A stretch of DNA of 64,000 bases from an uncultured delta proteobacterium. Lineage in GTDB: Bacteria > Desulfobacterota > Binatia > UBA9968. The DNA is taken from contig CAVXEP010000030.1 in NCBI GenBank assembly GCA_963760795.1, positions 32,001 to 96,000 on the forward strand, in the 5' to 3' direction. The number at the start of each line of letters is the position of its first letter. Positions within the stretch are counted from its first letter, which is position 1. Below are positions 1-10,247 of the stretch, piece by piece. A program made the position numbers and the translations under genes. Under the pieces are notes generated by a model that ran no database searches, had not been told where the DNA came from, and saw only the letters and a program-made list of their open reading frames with translations.

Positions 1-1
1 C

Positions 2-751
2 TATCCCGACGCGACGACAGCCACCGCAGAGCCAAGAACCCAGCACCCGGATTTCATGGGCGGTGTCGCCGGCGCGTTCGGAGTCGTTGCCGCCTTGCTC
101 CAGCGCACGGTGACGGGCCGCGGCGACATGATCGATAACGCGCAGCTGGAAATCGGCGCCTCGCTTCTCGGACCCAAATATATGGAATACTCCGTGAACC
201 AGCGCGACCCCAGACCCCAGGGGAATCGCAGCTTGATCGCGGCGCCCTACGGAGCGTACCCATGCCAAGGTACAGACCGTTGGTGCGTGATCTCGGTCTA
301 CACGCAAGCTGAATGGGAAAGTTTTACCGGTGTAGTGCTGAAAAAATCTGGAGCCAAGCCCGCTGCCAAGTTTGCCACCCACCTGGGGCGGTTGCGGCAC
401 CGGGAAGAATTGGACCAGTGGGTCACCCAATGGACCGTGCAACAGGATCCTTACGCCATTATGGAAAGTCTACAAAGCGTCGGCGTGTGCGCCGCCGTCG
501 TTCAAGAGGTGGAAGATCAATTCAAACGCGACCGGCAATATGCCGCGACCGGATTCTTGGTCGAAATGACCGAACCTGAAGCCGGCAACATCACCACCGA
601 GAATGTCCCTCTACGTCTTTCCGAGACGCCCGGTGAGGTGCGCGGCCTCGCGCCGTTAATGGGCCAACACACCTACGAAATAGCGCGAGATTTATTGGGT
701 CTGGCGGACGACGAGATCAAGCAGCTCGAGGCGGAACAAGTTTTGTACTAG
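2..751 (+). CDS. CaiB/BaiF family CoA-transferase (family III), 5'-truncated by the window edge
   Basis: Frame is open from nt 2. Motifs TGRGDMID, GNRS..APYGAYPC..DRWCVI and the C-terminal APLMGQHT.EI..DLLGL are typical of family III CoA-transferases. Confidence 0.85.
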   Translation, partial: YPDATTATAEPRTQHPDFMGGVAGAFGVVAALLQRTVTGRGDMIDNAQLEIGASLLGPKYMEYSVNQRDPRPQGNRSLIAAPYGAYPCQGTDRWCVISVYTQAEWESFTGVVLKKSGAKPAAKFATHLGRLRHREELDQWVTQWTVQQDPYAIMESLQSVGVCAAVVQEVEDQFKRDRQYAATGFLVEMTEPEAGNITTENVPLRLSETPGEVRGLAPLMGQHTYEIARDLLGLADDEIKQLEAEQVLY

Positions 752-925
752 GCCGCCCTCGGCTCTCTGAGCAATGGTTTGCTTAGATCAGGATAGTTTT
801 CAATGATTCATGTTTCATCACGCAAGATGAAATTCCTGCTAATCGCTCGGGTGCATTTTGCCGGCTTGCCGTACGGTGTCAAAGACTCGCCCCTTTAGTT
901 CTTATTCCCATCACATAGAATAGGT

Positions 926-953
926 GGCGGTGACATAAACTTGTGTCACCGCC
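926..953. repeat. Perfect 10-bp inverted repeat GGCGGTGACA-N8-TGTCACCGCC (REP-like hairpin)
   Basis: Seen directly in the intergenic region upstream of the PBP gene. Confidence 0.6.
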
Positions 954-1018
954 CATTCGTCTAAGCAGATTGCCACTCTGGAACTGCGACGCGATGGCTC
1001 AGTAACAAGAGAATAACC

Positions 1019-3364
1019 GTGGCTGAAAAACCGTCTCCTACAGGACGACTTAGACGCTTCTACCATCGGCTGCCTGCCAACGTCCGGGCGGCCCTCGATC
1101 CTAACCTAAGCATTCGCGCCAGGCTGCTTCATGGGACCAAGGCACTGGCTTTATTGGGCGGTCTCGGACTGACCCTGTTGTTGGTTTACGGCGTGGTTTT
1201 GATACCGTTCACGCCGAGTATCGCCGATCTACAACGAGCCAAGATCGACCAACCCAGCGTGCTGATTTCCGCCGACGGCCGGCGTCTCGCGACGCTTAAA
1301 CCAATGAACCGCGAGTGGGTTCGGTTAAATCAAATCTCTCCCCACGTGATCACGGCCTTGATCGCCACCGAAGACCACCGCTTCTATAACCATTACGGCG
1401 TCGATCTGCTGCGCGTCGTGAGCGGAATCCTGCGCACAATGATCGGTGATCCGCAGGGCGGTTCCACGATCACCCAGCAACTCGCGCGCAATTTGTATCC
1501 GGAGGGAATTGGCCGCCAACGCACCGTCACAAGAAAATTAAAAGAGACCATCACCGCGATCAAGATCGAGTTCGCCTATAGCAAACAAGAAATCCTTGAA
1601 ACCTATCTCAATACCATGCCTTTTTTGTACAACGCCTTCGGCATCGAAATGGCTGCGCGCACCTACTTCGACAAGCCGGCGCGAAAGCTCGATGTCGCCG
1701 AGAGCGCGACGCTGATCGCCATGTTAAAAGGCACCGCCTATTACAACCCGGTGCTCAATCCGGAACGCTCGCTCAAGCGCCGTAACGTCGTGTTGGGGCA
1801 AATGGTCAAGCGCGGCGTCTTGAGCGAGGCCGAATTCAATCGGCAAAAACTCCGCCCCATACGCCTCGATTTCGAACGCCAGCCGGAAGCCCTCGGCTCC
1901 ATCCCGCATCTCGCCATGCAGATTCGCAAATGGTTGATCGATTGGGCGGACCGCAACGACAAGAATATTTATACCGACGGCCTGATCGTCCACACCACCG
2001 TCGACTCGCGACTGCAGGCGCTTGCCAACCAAGCGGTAAATCGCCAGATGGAAACTTTGCAAGCGGTCGCCGACGTGGAGTGGGGTATGAGCTCGAACCA
2101 ATTGTTATCGACGGAAGTGAACACCTACGTCCAGCAGAGGCGGCGCGTGCAGCCGTTCGGTTATTTTTGGAAAACTCAATCCGCCTTGTTCGATTCCTTT
2201 ATCCGCGAAAGCCCGGCTTATCGCCGCGCGCTGGAGGCCGGGACGAAGCCTGAAGCTGCATTGGCCCAGTTGAAAACCGACAAGGAATTCCTGGGCAAGC
2301 TGCGCGCCGAGAAGAGCCGCTTACAGGCGGGTTTCGTCGCCATCGATCCGGCCAGCGGTCACGTCAAGGCGTGGGTCGGCAGCCGTGACTTCAGGACCGA
2401 TCAATTCGATCATGTCGTGCAAGCCAGACGGCAACCGGGCTCGACCTTCAAACCGTTCGTTTACGGCGCCGCCATCGAGCAGGGAATGTCGCCCGATAAG
2501 CGCTTCGTCGACCGCGCTGTGGAAATCTCCCTGCCCGGCGGCAAGGTGTGGCGCCCCGCAGATGCCACGGCGCCGACCGGCCGATCGATGACCGCGCGCG
2601 AAGGTCTGATCTTCTCGAAGAACACCATCACCGCCCAGGTCATGCAGGAGATCGGCCCGAGAAAAACCGCCCAACTGGCGCGATTGATGGGGATTACCCA
2701 GAGTAAACTCGAGGAGGTCCCGGCGTTGGCGCTCGGCACCAGCCCGGTTACCCTGCTGGAAATGGTTTCCGCATACAGCACCCTGGCCGCCGGCGGTCAA
2801 TATCGACCGCCGATTTTTGTCAGTCGTATCACCGACAAGAACGGCAACGAGCTGGTCAGCTTTGCCAGCGAAACCCAGCGCGTTCTTTCGGACAAGAGCG
2901 CCGGCGAACTGATCAACATACTGCGCGACGCCGTCGACCAGGGCACCGGGCAACCGGTGCGCGCCCAGTTCGGCCTGCGCGCCGACGTTGCCGGTAAGAC
3001 CGGCACCACTCAAGACAATACCGACGGCTGGTTCATCTTGATGCATGCGCGGCTCGTCGCCGGCTCATGGGTCGGCTTCAACGACTCGCGCATCACCATG
3101 CGCAGCGACTACTGGGGCCAGGGCGCGCATAACGCCTTGCTGCTGGTGGGCGATTTCTTTCAGCACACGCTCGACAGCCAATTCGTCGCCGCCGCCTCCC
3201 GCTTCCCCTATGAAAGGCCGTACCAAACTGTCTGGGATCCAGTCATCGACAGCGCGAAAGATTGGTTGGGCGGCATCCTTAGAGATTGGGGATTTGGCGA
3301 TAGAACCACCCCGGCGCCGGCGCCCCAGCGCCGTGAACGCGACCTCGATTCAACGCGAGATTGA
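1019..3364 (+). CDS. Class A penicillin-binding protein (PBP1A family, transglycosylase plus transpeptidase)
   Basis: N-terminal TM helix; GT51 motifs EDHRFY, GGSTITQQL, RKLKE; transpeptidase motifs STFK (SxxK), SKN (SxN) and KTGT. Confidence 0.92.
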   Translation: MAEKPSPTGRLRRFYHRLPANVRAALDPNLSIRARLLHGTKALALLGGLGLTLLLVYGVVLIPFTPSIADLQRAKIDQPSVLISADGRRLATLKPMNREWVRLNQISPHVITALIATEDHRFYNHYGVDLLRVVSGILRTMIGDPQGGSTITQQLARNLYPEGIGRQRTVTRKLKETITAIKIEFAYSKQEILETYLNTMPFLYNAFGIEMAARTYFDKPARKLDVAESATLIAMLKGTAYYNPVLNPERSLKRRNVVLGQMVKRGVLSEAEFNRQKLRPIRLDFERQPEALGSIPHLAMQIRKWLIDWADRNDKNIYTDGLIVHTTVDSRLQALANQAVNRQMETLQAVADVEWGMSSNQLLSTEVNTYVQQRRRVQPFGYFWKTQSALFDSFIRESPAYRRALEAGTKPEAALAQLKTDKEFLGKLRAEKSRLQAGFVAIDPASGHVKAWVGSRDFRTDQFDHVVQARRQPGSTFKPFVYGAAIEQGMSPDKRFVDRAVEISLPGGKVWRPADATAPTGRSMTAREGLIFSKNTITAQVMQEIGPRKTAQLARLMGITQSKLEEVPALALGTSPVTLLEMVSAYSTLAAGGQYRPPIFVSRITDKNGNELVSFASETQRVLSDKSAGELINILRDAVDQGTGQPVRAQFGLRADVAGKTGTTQDNTDGWFILMHARLVAGSWVGFNDSRITMRSDYWGQGAHNALLLVGDFFQHTLDSQFVAAASRFPYERPYQTVWDPVIDSAKDWLGGILRDWGFGDRTTPAPAPQRRERDLDSTRD

Positions 3365-3547
3365 GTCGTGGGTCCGCGTCGGCGTCATGAGCCAGAGCGG
3401 ATTGATCGGACGGATTTACAGATTATCAGGATAAATAATCGAACCACCGCCATTCGTGCGACCGAGCCTAATTCGCAGCCCCGAGGCTTTTGACACCCGT
3501 GAACGCCGAGAGCTGGCGCAATGCTCCCGGCGCCGCAACCGCAATAA

Positions 3548-4594
3548 TCAAAGACTATACAGCGCTTGGGCATTACTCCCCAAGATCTTATCAATGGAAG
3601 TTCCCGATATTTTTCCATCGGCTTTAAGTTTGCGCATGGCGTTGAGTTCAGATGACGTATCGTTGTGGCCGTAGTCCGTTCCCAGGACCAGATGGTCATC
3701 CCCCACATGGTCGAGGATATAGGGCAAATCGTCACTGGTTTGGCACGCCACATAGATTTGATTCTCGCGTAACAGCGCCGCCGCCGGCCACCGTTTCTTT
3801 TGCCGGACATAGCCGATCTCCAAATGATTCATCACGTAGGGCAGCCACTCGGCGCTGACTTCGACAAAGGCCCACCTTAGATCGGGAAATTTTAGCGGTA
3901 ACTCCGATGTGATCAGGCTGCCAAAAAGATTCACCGGACCGAATTTGAACTGTCCCAGGCTGGCACCGCGGCCAAAGATATCGAACATGTCGAGATTTCC
4001 CGCCGATGCATGGACACAGATGGGCATGCTCAGGCGGCTGGCTTCTTGATAGATTGGATAAAAATACGGATCGGTGGGCAGCTTGTCGCCTTCGACGCCG
4101 CGGATGAAAACGCCGCAGGCGCCGTTGGTTTTTGCTAAATTCAACTCTTCGAGCGCCTTGTCTAAATAACCAAGCGGCGGCATCACCACCCAGCGCAAGC
4201 GGCCGTTACCGGCACGCCAAATCTCCGCCATCCAGCGGTTGTAGCTCTTACACAATGCGGTATCGACATGGGGCAGGGTCGTCAGTGCTCTCAAGAAAAG
4301 ACTCGGATAGAGCACCTGAACATCGATGCCGAGCGCATCCATGTGGGTCAGCCGAGCCTTGATATTTTCCATCTCTCGGCTTTCCCGCGGGGTATCGTGG
4401 CCAATGTTGCGTCCTTTGGCGAATACCCGGCCGCCGATCTTCCAAAACTCATCGGTGCCGCTTTTACCCGAGCCATCGCCTCCGTAATCTTTGAATACCA
4501 TCACCCGTGGAGCGAACTGCCGCTCCGCTTCATCGAGAAAATCCCAGGTCCGTTCCGACTCGACCACATGCGCGTCCGCGTCGATGATTGCCAT
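3548..4594 (-). CDS. Amidohydrolase family protein (Amidohydro_2)
   Basis: IIDADAH metal motif, YNRWMAE, PICVH, GTDYGHND; AGGAGG RBS upstream. Confidence 0.88.
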   Translation of the reverse strand: MAIIDADAHVVESERTWDFLDEAERQFAPRVMVFKDYGGDGSGKSGTDEFWKIGGRVFAKGRNIGHDTPRESREMENIKARLTHMDALGIDVQVLYPSLFLRALTTLPHVDTALCKSYNRWMAEIWRAGNGRLRWVVMPPLGYLDKALEELNLAKTNGACGVFIRGVEGDKLPTDPYFYPIYQEASRLSMPICVHASAGNLDMFDIFGRGASLGQFKFGPVNLFGSLITSELPLKFPDLRWAFVEVSAEWLPYVMNHLEIGYVRQKKRWPAAALLRENQIYVACQTSDDLPYILDHVGDDHLVLGTDYGHNDTSSELNAMRKLKADGKISGTSIDKILGSNAQALYSL

Positions 4595-4780
4595 AATTCC
4601 TCCTTAACAGCTGCGGTTCTTCCTGACTTTTGGGGATGGTCGTCCCCCGCCCCAGCGACGATTGAGTCTCAAACTCCCCGACCGTTGCGACTCACCACAG
4701 CCACTCCAATCGCGCTCAACCGCTTGTCCAGAACGGGTGGAGTCAAGCTGACTATAGATGAATAGCCTTCAGCCCACGGC

Positions 4781-4812
4781 GGCTTCCGAGAATTTGTCAA
4801 TTCTCGGAAGCC
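4781..4812. terminator. 14-bp perfect inverted repeat: terminator of the RidA gene or an operator
   Basis: GGCTTCCGAGAATT-TGTC-AATTCTCGGAAGCC, downstream of the minus-strand RidA gene; contains TTGACA on the minus strand. Confidence 0.5.
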
Positions 4813-4875
4813 AAGCCAAAATCATCGGGCTGATCGTTCCGTAATCGCCAGCGCCGGCGTCACCATCGAAACGAG

Positions 4876-5268
4876 TCAAGAGATCACGGCAATCGCGTTG
4901 ATCTCCAACAACAACTCCGGCCGCGCTAGCGCCACCACCTGCACCATCGTGCTGGTCGGGAAGTTTGCGCCCAACACTTCACGGCGCGCCTCGTTGATGT
5001 CGCGGTGATAACGCACTTCCGTGGAGAACACATTCATGGCCACGATATCCTGCATCGTGCCGCCGGCGGCTTCGACGGCGAGCTTTATCTTGCCGAGCAC
5101 GGCGCGCGTCTGCGCGCCTGGGTCGCCGACACCGACGACTTTGCCTTCGTGATCCGAAGCCGTTTGCCCGGCGATGAAGACCATGCGGCCGGGTTGGGCG
5201 ATGTTAACTAACGCATAACTCCCGCGCGGCACGGGCAGTCCGTCCGGATTGAGTGTCGTCTTTGCCAT
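4876..5268 (-). CDS. RidA/YjgF family protein
   Basis: VFIAGQTA, GGTMQDIV, FPTSTMVQVVALARPELLLEI; start placed at ATG 5268 after a GAGGA RBS. Confidence 0.88.
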   Translation of the reverse strand: MAKTTLNPDGLPVPRGSYALVNIAQPGRMVFIAGQTASDHEGKVVGVGDPGAQTRAVLGKIKLAVEAAGGTMQDIVAMNVFSTEVRYHRDINEARREVLGANFPTSTMVQVVALARPELLLEINAIAVIS

Positions 5269-5557
5269 GGAATAGTCCTCCTCATTCACGATTAGATTTC
5301 AGGCTTACTCATACTCCAAAAAGCCAGCCGAGCGATAGCGGCGCCAATGGGCAGGCTTGCGCCTCCTGGCAGGGCGGCGTCGATGCCGAGCGCTTCAAGG
5401 AAAAATCGTTGCGCCAATCGGGTTGGCCATGTATATCTCCCTCGTCATTGCCTATGTGGCGGTGAATACAGGCCGGGCGGCGGCGGGCGCAGGGCGCCGA
5501 CCGGTACGCAATGAAACAGGAATCTGTTGCCCGCCAAGCTGAAAGGAAAACGAAAAC

Positions 5558-6220
5558 ATGAACGACGAATCGAATAACGCGGTCAAAAGCGATTTCATCA
5601 CGGCGCTGCGGATTATCTATCGTGAAGGACTGAGCGACGCCTTCGCCCATTTGAGCGCGCGCAGCAACGACGGCAACGAGATGATGTTCATGCCGCGCAA
5701 GAGTCCGGCCCTGGTGCAACGCGACGAGTTGTTTTTCGTCGACTTCGACAAACCCGTGCCGCAGTCTTCCTTGCACCAGGCGATTTATAAAGCCCGTGCC
5801 GACGTCAAGGCGGTCTTCCATTTTCATTCGCCGGCTGTGGTGCTGCTCAGCGTCATCGGCCAAACCATTCGCCCGATGCACAACTACAGCGCGATTTTTT
5901 ACCAGGGCGTGCCGCTCTACACCGGCACGGGGCAGGTTGAATCGCCGGCCCGGGCCGGGGAAATGGCCAAGTTGCTCGGCGATGCCAAGGCGCTGATGTT
6001 GCGCGGCCACGGCGCCGTCGTCGTCGGCCAGTCGATCCGCGAAGTTTGCATGCTGGGATTGTTTTTAGAAGAGTCGGCGCGGCTGCAAGCCGAAGCGATG
6101 CGGCTCGGCACACCCATGTTCATGGAGCGCGACGAGGCCGAAAAGATCGCCAAACGAACTTTCAAGCCCACTTCCGTGGAACGTGCTTGGGATCACTTCG
6201 CGGTGAAATGCGCGGGGTGA
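5558..6220 (+). CDS. Class II aldolase/adducin family protein
   Basis: AHLSAR, HQAIYKARADVKAVFHFHS (Zn ligands), LMLRGHGAVVVG. Confidence 0.88.
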   Translation: MNDESNNAVKSDFITALRIIYREGLSDAFAHLSARSNDGNEMMFMPRKSPALVQRDELFFVDFDKPVPQSSLHQAIYKARADVKAVFHFHSPAVVLLSVIGQTIRPMHNYSAIFYQGVPLYTGTGQVESPARAGEMAKLLGDAKALMLRGHGAVVVGQSIREVCMLGLFLEESARLQAEAMRLGTPMFMERDEAEKIAKRTFKPTSVERAWDHFAVKCAG

Positions 6221-6481
6221 GTTATTTGCGGGAGTTCGTCGGCACTGCGCAAATTAAGCTTGGTGTCCACCCGTGAGGACTCTCTTTGCCGATCCAATCC
6301 TGAGTAAGTGAAGTCCGGCATCCACAAAAAGTCGGGCTGTCAAAGCCTAACCTGGCGCGCTTCCCTTAGCATTCAAAGCGCTTTTTAAAAACACCGCGCA
6401 TAAGCACGATAGCGGTATTTGTCAAGCCACTTGACGCATTAGTGGGCGGTGCTTATTTTCCAACCATCACAAAGGAGGGTC

Positions 6482-6928
6482 ATGAATATGGAACTCGTAA
6501 GATTTGAACCGTTTGCCCGCGTTGGTAACTTTCGCTCTTTAATTTCCGACTTGTTCGAGGATAATTTAGAGCGGTCGTCAGCTCGGCCCAGTGTTCGCCA
6601 GTGGCATCCAGCGGTGGATGTATTGGAGAGCAAGGACGCTTATCTGATTCGCGCAGAGCTTCCTGGAATGAAACGGGAAGACATCAAAGTCGAGGTTAAA
6701 GACGGCAAGCTGGTGCTCAGCGGCGAAACCAAGTCCGAGAAACCGGATGACGGCACTGCGTACCGCCACGTCGAACGGGTCGCGGCAAAGTTCTGGCGCT
6801 CGTTCGCACTGCCCGAGACCGCGAAACCGGATGGCGTCGAAGCTACCTACAAAGACGGCATTCTCGAAATTCGCGTGCCGAAAGCGGAAGAGATCAAACC
6901 GCGGCAAATCGAAATTAACGTGCAGTAA
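6482..6928 (+). CDS. Hsp20/alpha-crystallin small heat-shock protein
   Basis: PAVDV.E, AELPGMKREDIKV, F.RSFALP, ATYKDGILEIRVPK; AGGAGG RBS. Confidence 0.93.
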   Translation: MNMELVRFEPFARVGNFRSLISDLFEDNLERSSARPSVRQWHPAVDVLESKDAYLIRAELPGMKREDIKVEVKDGKLVLSGETKSEKPDDGTAYRHVERVAAKFWRSFALPETAKPDGVEATYKDGILEIRVPKAEEIKPRQIEINVQ

Positions 6929-6947
6929 TTCGCAGTCAAAACCGCAA

Positions 6948-6982
6948 AAAGACAAGGGAGGCGTTTCGCCTCCCTTGTCTTT
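6948..6982. terminator. Bidirectional Rho-independent terminator after hsp20
   Basis: AAAGACAAGGGAGGCG-TTT-CGCCTCCCTTGTCTTT, a perfect 16-bp stem. Confidence 0.8.
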
Positions 6983-7145
6983 ACGGCACAATTCCCCGCC
7001 GCTACGCTTCAGCTTCGACCCGACCACAACCCCGCCATCCTGATAGCGTCGTGATCCATCGAACTGTTGCTCGATACGCAGAAGCTCGCTGAGCTGCAAA
7101 AAATTGTTCTGTGATCGTCAGAAATTCGAGTTATGATTAACTCGT

Positions 7146-7658
7146 ATGGATGTCGTTGCTCATGGACTGTGGGGCGGCGCGCTTTTTTATCGGCACGGCC
7201 GCAAGCAGTATTTAGCTGGCGCTGTGCTCGGCATGGCGCCCGATCTATTATCGTTCGGGGTTTTTCACATGACCCAGCCGGGCTGGCTTGCCGAGCGTTT
7301 ACTGGGAAATATCTCCGGACCGCCGGCGCTGGCGTCGCTACCTCCATATGTCTTTCACTCATATAACGTCACTCACAGCTTGATCGTTTGGACGGCGGCC
7401 TTTGGGCTGCTGTGGGCGCTGATCAAGAAACCTCCTTGGCTCCTCACTGCTTGGTTGCTGCATATCGTTTGCGATATTCCCACCCATGTCGCGAGGTATT
7501 TCCCCACGCCATTTCTGTGGCCTTTGCCGACACCCTTCGTCGACGGCGTCCCGTGGTCAACGCCTTGGCTCATGGCGGCCAATTACGCCGCAATGTTCTG
7601 CGTCTATTGCTGGCTTGCCTGGCATTTCCGCAGAACAGGCAGCGGAACTAACGAGTAG
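7146..7658 (+). CDS. Membrane-bound metal-dependent hydrolase (YdjM-like)
   Basis: MD..AH, MAPD, THSL and HIVCD..TH motifs with hydrophobic segments. Confidence 0.7.
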   Translation: MDVVAHGLWGGALFYRHGRKQYLAGAVLGMAPDLLSFGVFHMTQPGWLAERLLGNISGPPALASLPPYVFHSYNVTHSLIVWTAAFGLLWALIKKPPWLLTAWLLHIVCDIPTHVARYFPTPFLWPLPTPFVDGVPWSTPWLMAANYAAMFCVYCWLAWHFRRTGSGTNE

Positions 7659-7846
7659 AAAATAGGTCGCTCCTCGCGGCGTCACAAGCCGTTGATTTCG
7701 CACCTATCCTCACGCATCCCCGGCCGCCAATAGCAGATCGCCTAGAGAAAATTTTCCTGACGGGTTGATTTCACGCCGTTTAGTTTAGAAACTTTATGAA
7801 CCACAAGAACCACGCCGAACCGTGGTTTCGATGGAAAGGTGATGTC

Positions 7847-8422
7847 ATGAAGCTTTACTACAATCCTCAAAGTCGCGCGGTAATCGCCAAGTGGATGCTT
7901 GACGAGTGCGGTGCGCAGTATGAGATCGTTCCCATCGATTTTGCCAAGCGCGAGCACAAGGCGCCGGAGTTCCTCCAGATCAACCCGGCCGGCAAGCTGC
8001 CCGCCCTCGTCGACGGCGACTCGAAAATCTTTGAAGGAACGGCGATCTGCCTCTATCTCGGCGACAAGTTTCCGCAAGCCAACCTCGCGCCCAAGATCGG
8101 TACCCCCGAACGAGGCCGCTATCTCTCGTTGATGGTCTATTCAACCTCTCAACTCGAGCCCGCGATGGGCGACGCATTATTAAAAGTAGAGCACCTGCCC
8201 CAGCGCGGCTGGACCGATTTCGCAACGGCGCAAACCGTCGTCGAGGGCGAGCTCGGCAAGGGGCCCTATTTATTCGGCGACTGGTTCACCGCGGCCGATA
8301 TCATGATTGGCTCCATGTTCATTTGGAAGCGCATCTTCGGCGCGCCCCCGAGCCGGCCAGCAATCGAATCCTATGCCGATCGTCTCCTCGCCCGTCCCAA
8401 GGCGATGAAGCTGGGCAAATGA
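7847..8422 (+). CDS. Glutathione S-transferase family protein
   Basis: LYYNPQSRA, INPAGKLPALVDG, YLFGDWFTAADI. Confidence 0.9.
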   Translation: MKLYYNPQSRAVIAKWMLDECGAQYEIVPIDFAKREHKAPEFLQINPAGKLPALVDGDSKIFEGTAICLYLGDKFPQANLAPKIGTPERGRYLSLMVYSTSQLEPAMGDALLKVEHLPQRGWTDFATAQTVVEGELGKGPYLFGDWFTAADIMIGSMFIWKRIFGAPPSRPAIESYADRLLARPKAMKLGK

Positions 8423-8592
8423 TGCCTAATCGCCGCGGGCGATGGTACAGCGGCCGTTTGATTAAATCCCGATTTGTTTAGAAAGCCCGGTCCTGGGCTT
8501 GGCCGCAATCCTTACATCACCAACCGGTGGGGTCGATTCGTACACTGTTTCATGCTTGCACGAATCGGGTCCATAGCCAGGTTGCAAGAATT

Positions 8593-8696
8593 TGAAGGAA
8601 ACTTCCTTCATGAAAATACTACTTGTCCGGATAATCCGGATGCGGTGGCAATAAAATTTAATATTATTTTGAGCGCATTTTGGCATTGGGATTGCT
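8593..8696 (+). promoter_or_regulatory. Putative sigma-54 promoter with upstream palindromes
   Basis: TGGCAT-N5-TTGCT at 8681-8696 matches the -24/-12 consensus; palindromes TGAAGGAA-AC-TTCCTTCA (8593-8610) and TCCGGAT-A-ATCCGGA (8626-8640); AT-rich spacer between them. Confidence 0.6.
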
Positions 8697-8719
8697 GTTT
8701 ACCAAAGCGGAGGTGAATT

Positions 8720-9274
8720 ATGATTGCCATTAAGAAAATCCTCGTTCCTATTGATCTTTCCGATGTTTCCATCCCGGCTATCGGCTACGCCAGTTCTCTC
8801 GCAACGGTTCATCACGCCGAGATCATTCTACTTCACGTCATTCATACAGAATCGTTGAAGGAACACTTTGCCGGAGGTTATGGCGAAGGCTTGTCTTTTC
8901 CGCCGGAGACTCCAATGAAGGTTCGGCATGAAACAAGCGTTGATAACATTTTCGCGATGAAGAAGCAGATGGTACTCAAGTTCCTCGACCAAAAGATCCG
9001 GCCAGATCTCCGTAATCTGGTGAAGTTCACACCTAGGGTAACGCTTGGCAAGGTCGCCGAAGAAATCATCGCCGCGGCCAATGAAGACAAATGCGATCTC
9101 ATCGTCATAACGAGCCGCGGATCGCGTCTCCGTCGTCTGCTCGGCGGGAGCATCACCGACCAGGTGGTGAGAAGCGCTCCGTGTCCGGTGCTTTCGATGC
9201 AGCCCTCCGCCGAGGTCAGAACAGAAAACGACGAACGATTGCAGATCAAGTTCATGGATCAATGGGCGGCCTAA
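8720..9274 (+). CDS. Universal stress protein (UspA family)
   Basis: KKILVPIDLS, DLIVITSRG, LLGGSITDQVVRSAPCPVL. Confidence 0.9.
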   Translation: MIAIKKILVPIDLSDVSIPAIGYASSLATVHHAEIILLHVIHTESLKEHFAGGYGEGLSFPPETPMKVRHETSVDNIFAMKKQMVLKFLDQKIRPDLRNLVKFTPRVTLGKVAEEIIAAANEDKCDLIVITSRGSRLRRLLGGSITDQVVRSAPCPVLSMQPSAEVRTENDERLQIKFMDQWAA

Positions 9275-9436
9275 CATCGCCGCCGCGTTTTGTGAAATAA
9301 GCGCGGCCAGGTTGATTGCCGGGTGGGCATAACGCTTTTGGAGGTCTTACCCGAGAAACCTCAAGCCGGAGGAAATAGTTCAAAAAGCCGTAAATGTAAT
9401 TTCGCGTGCCGCGGCACCAAGACAGGAGGAAGCCAA

Positions 9437-10024
9437 ATGCGTTGCACTATTTTTGCTTTCGTTATTCTCGCGATTTTTTTCTCTACTCCCGCATTCACCC
9501 AGGTCAAGCAGTGGACGGACAAAAATGGTGTTGTCCACTTCGAAGCGGTTGGCCGCCAGGGAGCCAGGAATACAAACTCGCCGCAAACGAAAACCAATGC
9601 GCTTCGACCGATCGACAGGAATTTCGTAAACCTTCGGCTCGGTGACGACGAATCAACGTTCACCGCTGCAAAAAAAGGCGTGCAGATTACCAACAACGGG
9701 GATGATGGCAATTTTTATAGCTACTCCAGCGCATTGCCTGAGGGCGCAATCAATATGGGCATTCTCTTCACTACCGGTAGACTGGCGCTGATCATGATCG
9801 AGTATCGCGACTTCGGGGTGGCAGGGTGGGATCAGCTCGTCAACGAAACTTTCAAGAAGTACGGACCGGCCTTGGGCGATAGCCGAACAGCGATTTGGCA
9901 TGACGGGACGACTCTGCTCAGTTTACAACACCAGTTGAGCGGCAATATCACGGTCAGGCTGGAAGACGTCGCGGCGATGTCGAGATACTCCGAGCAAGAG
10001 CGAGCCGCGCTGCCGAAATTTTGA
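9437..10024 (+). CDS. Secreted protein with N-terminal DUF4124-like motif
   Basis: Signal peptide followed by QVKQWTDKNGVVHF; AGGAGG RBS. Confidence 0.65.
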   Translation: MRCTIFAFVILAIFFSTPAFTQVKQWTDKNGVVHFEAVGRQGARNTNSPQTKTNALRPIDRNFVNLRLGDDESTFTAAKKGVQITNNGDDGNFYSYSSALPEGAINMGILFTTGRLALIMIEYRDFGVAGWDQLVNETFKKYGPALGDSRTAIWHDGTTLLSLQHQLSGNITVRLEDVAAMSRYSEQERAALPKF

Positions 10025-10204
10025 CTTTGCTGCGGTCGTTTACGCGAGAAGTTCGTGCTAGTCGGTCGGTGGTCGTTTTATCGTCACCTGGTCCATGGAC
10101 GCTTCTCAGGCGCCGCTCGACGCACTGTGAACTGCGCAAATAACCGGCATTTTTGAATTGTGCGCGATGAGGTGGGTTTATTCGGCTGTTCGCGGTCATC
10201 ATGA

Positions 10205-10247
10205 CTAGGCGATGCCAAGATGCTGATGCTGCGTGGCCACGGCGCCG
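10205..10247 (+). pseudogene. Fragment of a class II aldolase gene (LGDAKMLMLRGHGA)
   Basis: Near copy of about 5975-6016 (LGDAKALMLRGHGA); abuts the stop codon of the GNAT gene. Confidence 0.65.

Noticed and set aside
6366-6392. TTAGCATTC upstream of hsp20 as a CIRCE element
   Set aside because: The second arm (GAGTGCTAA at 9-nt spacing) is absent.
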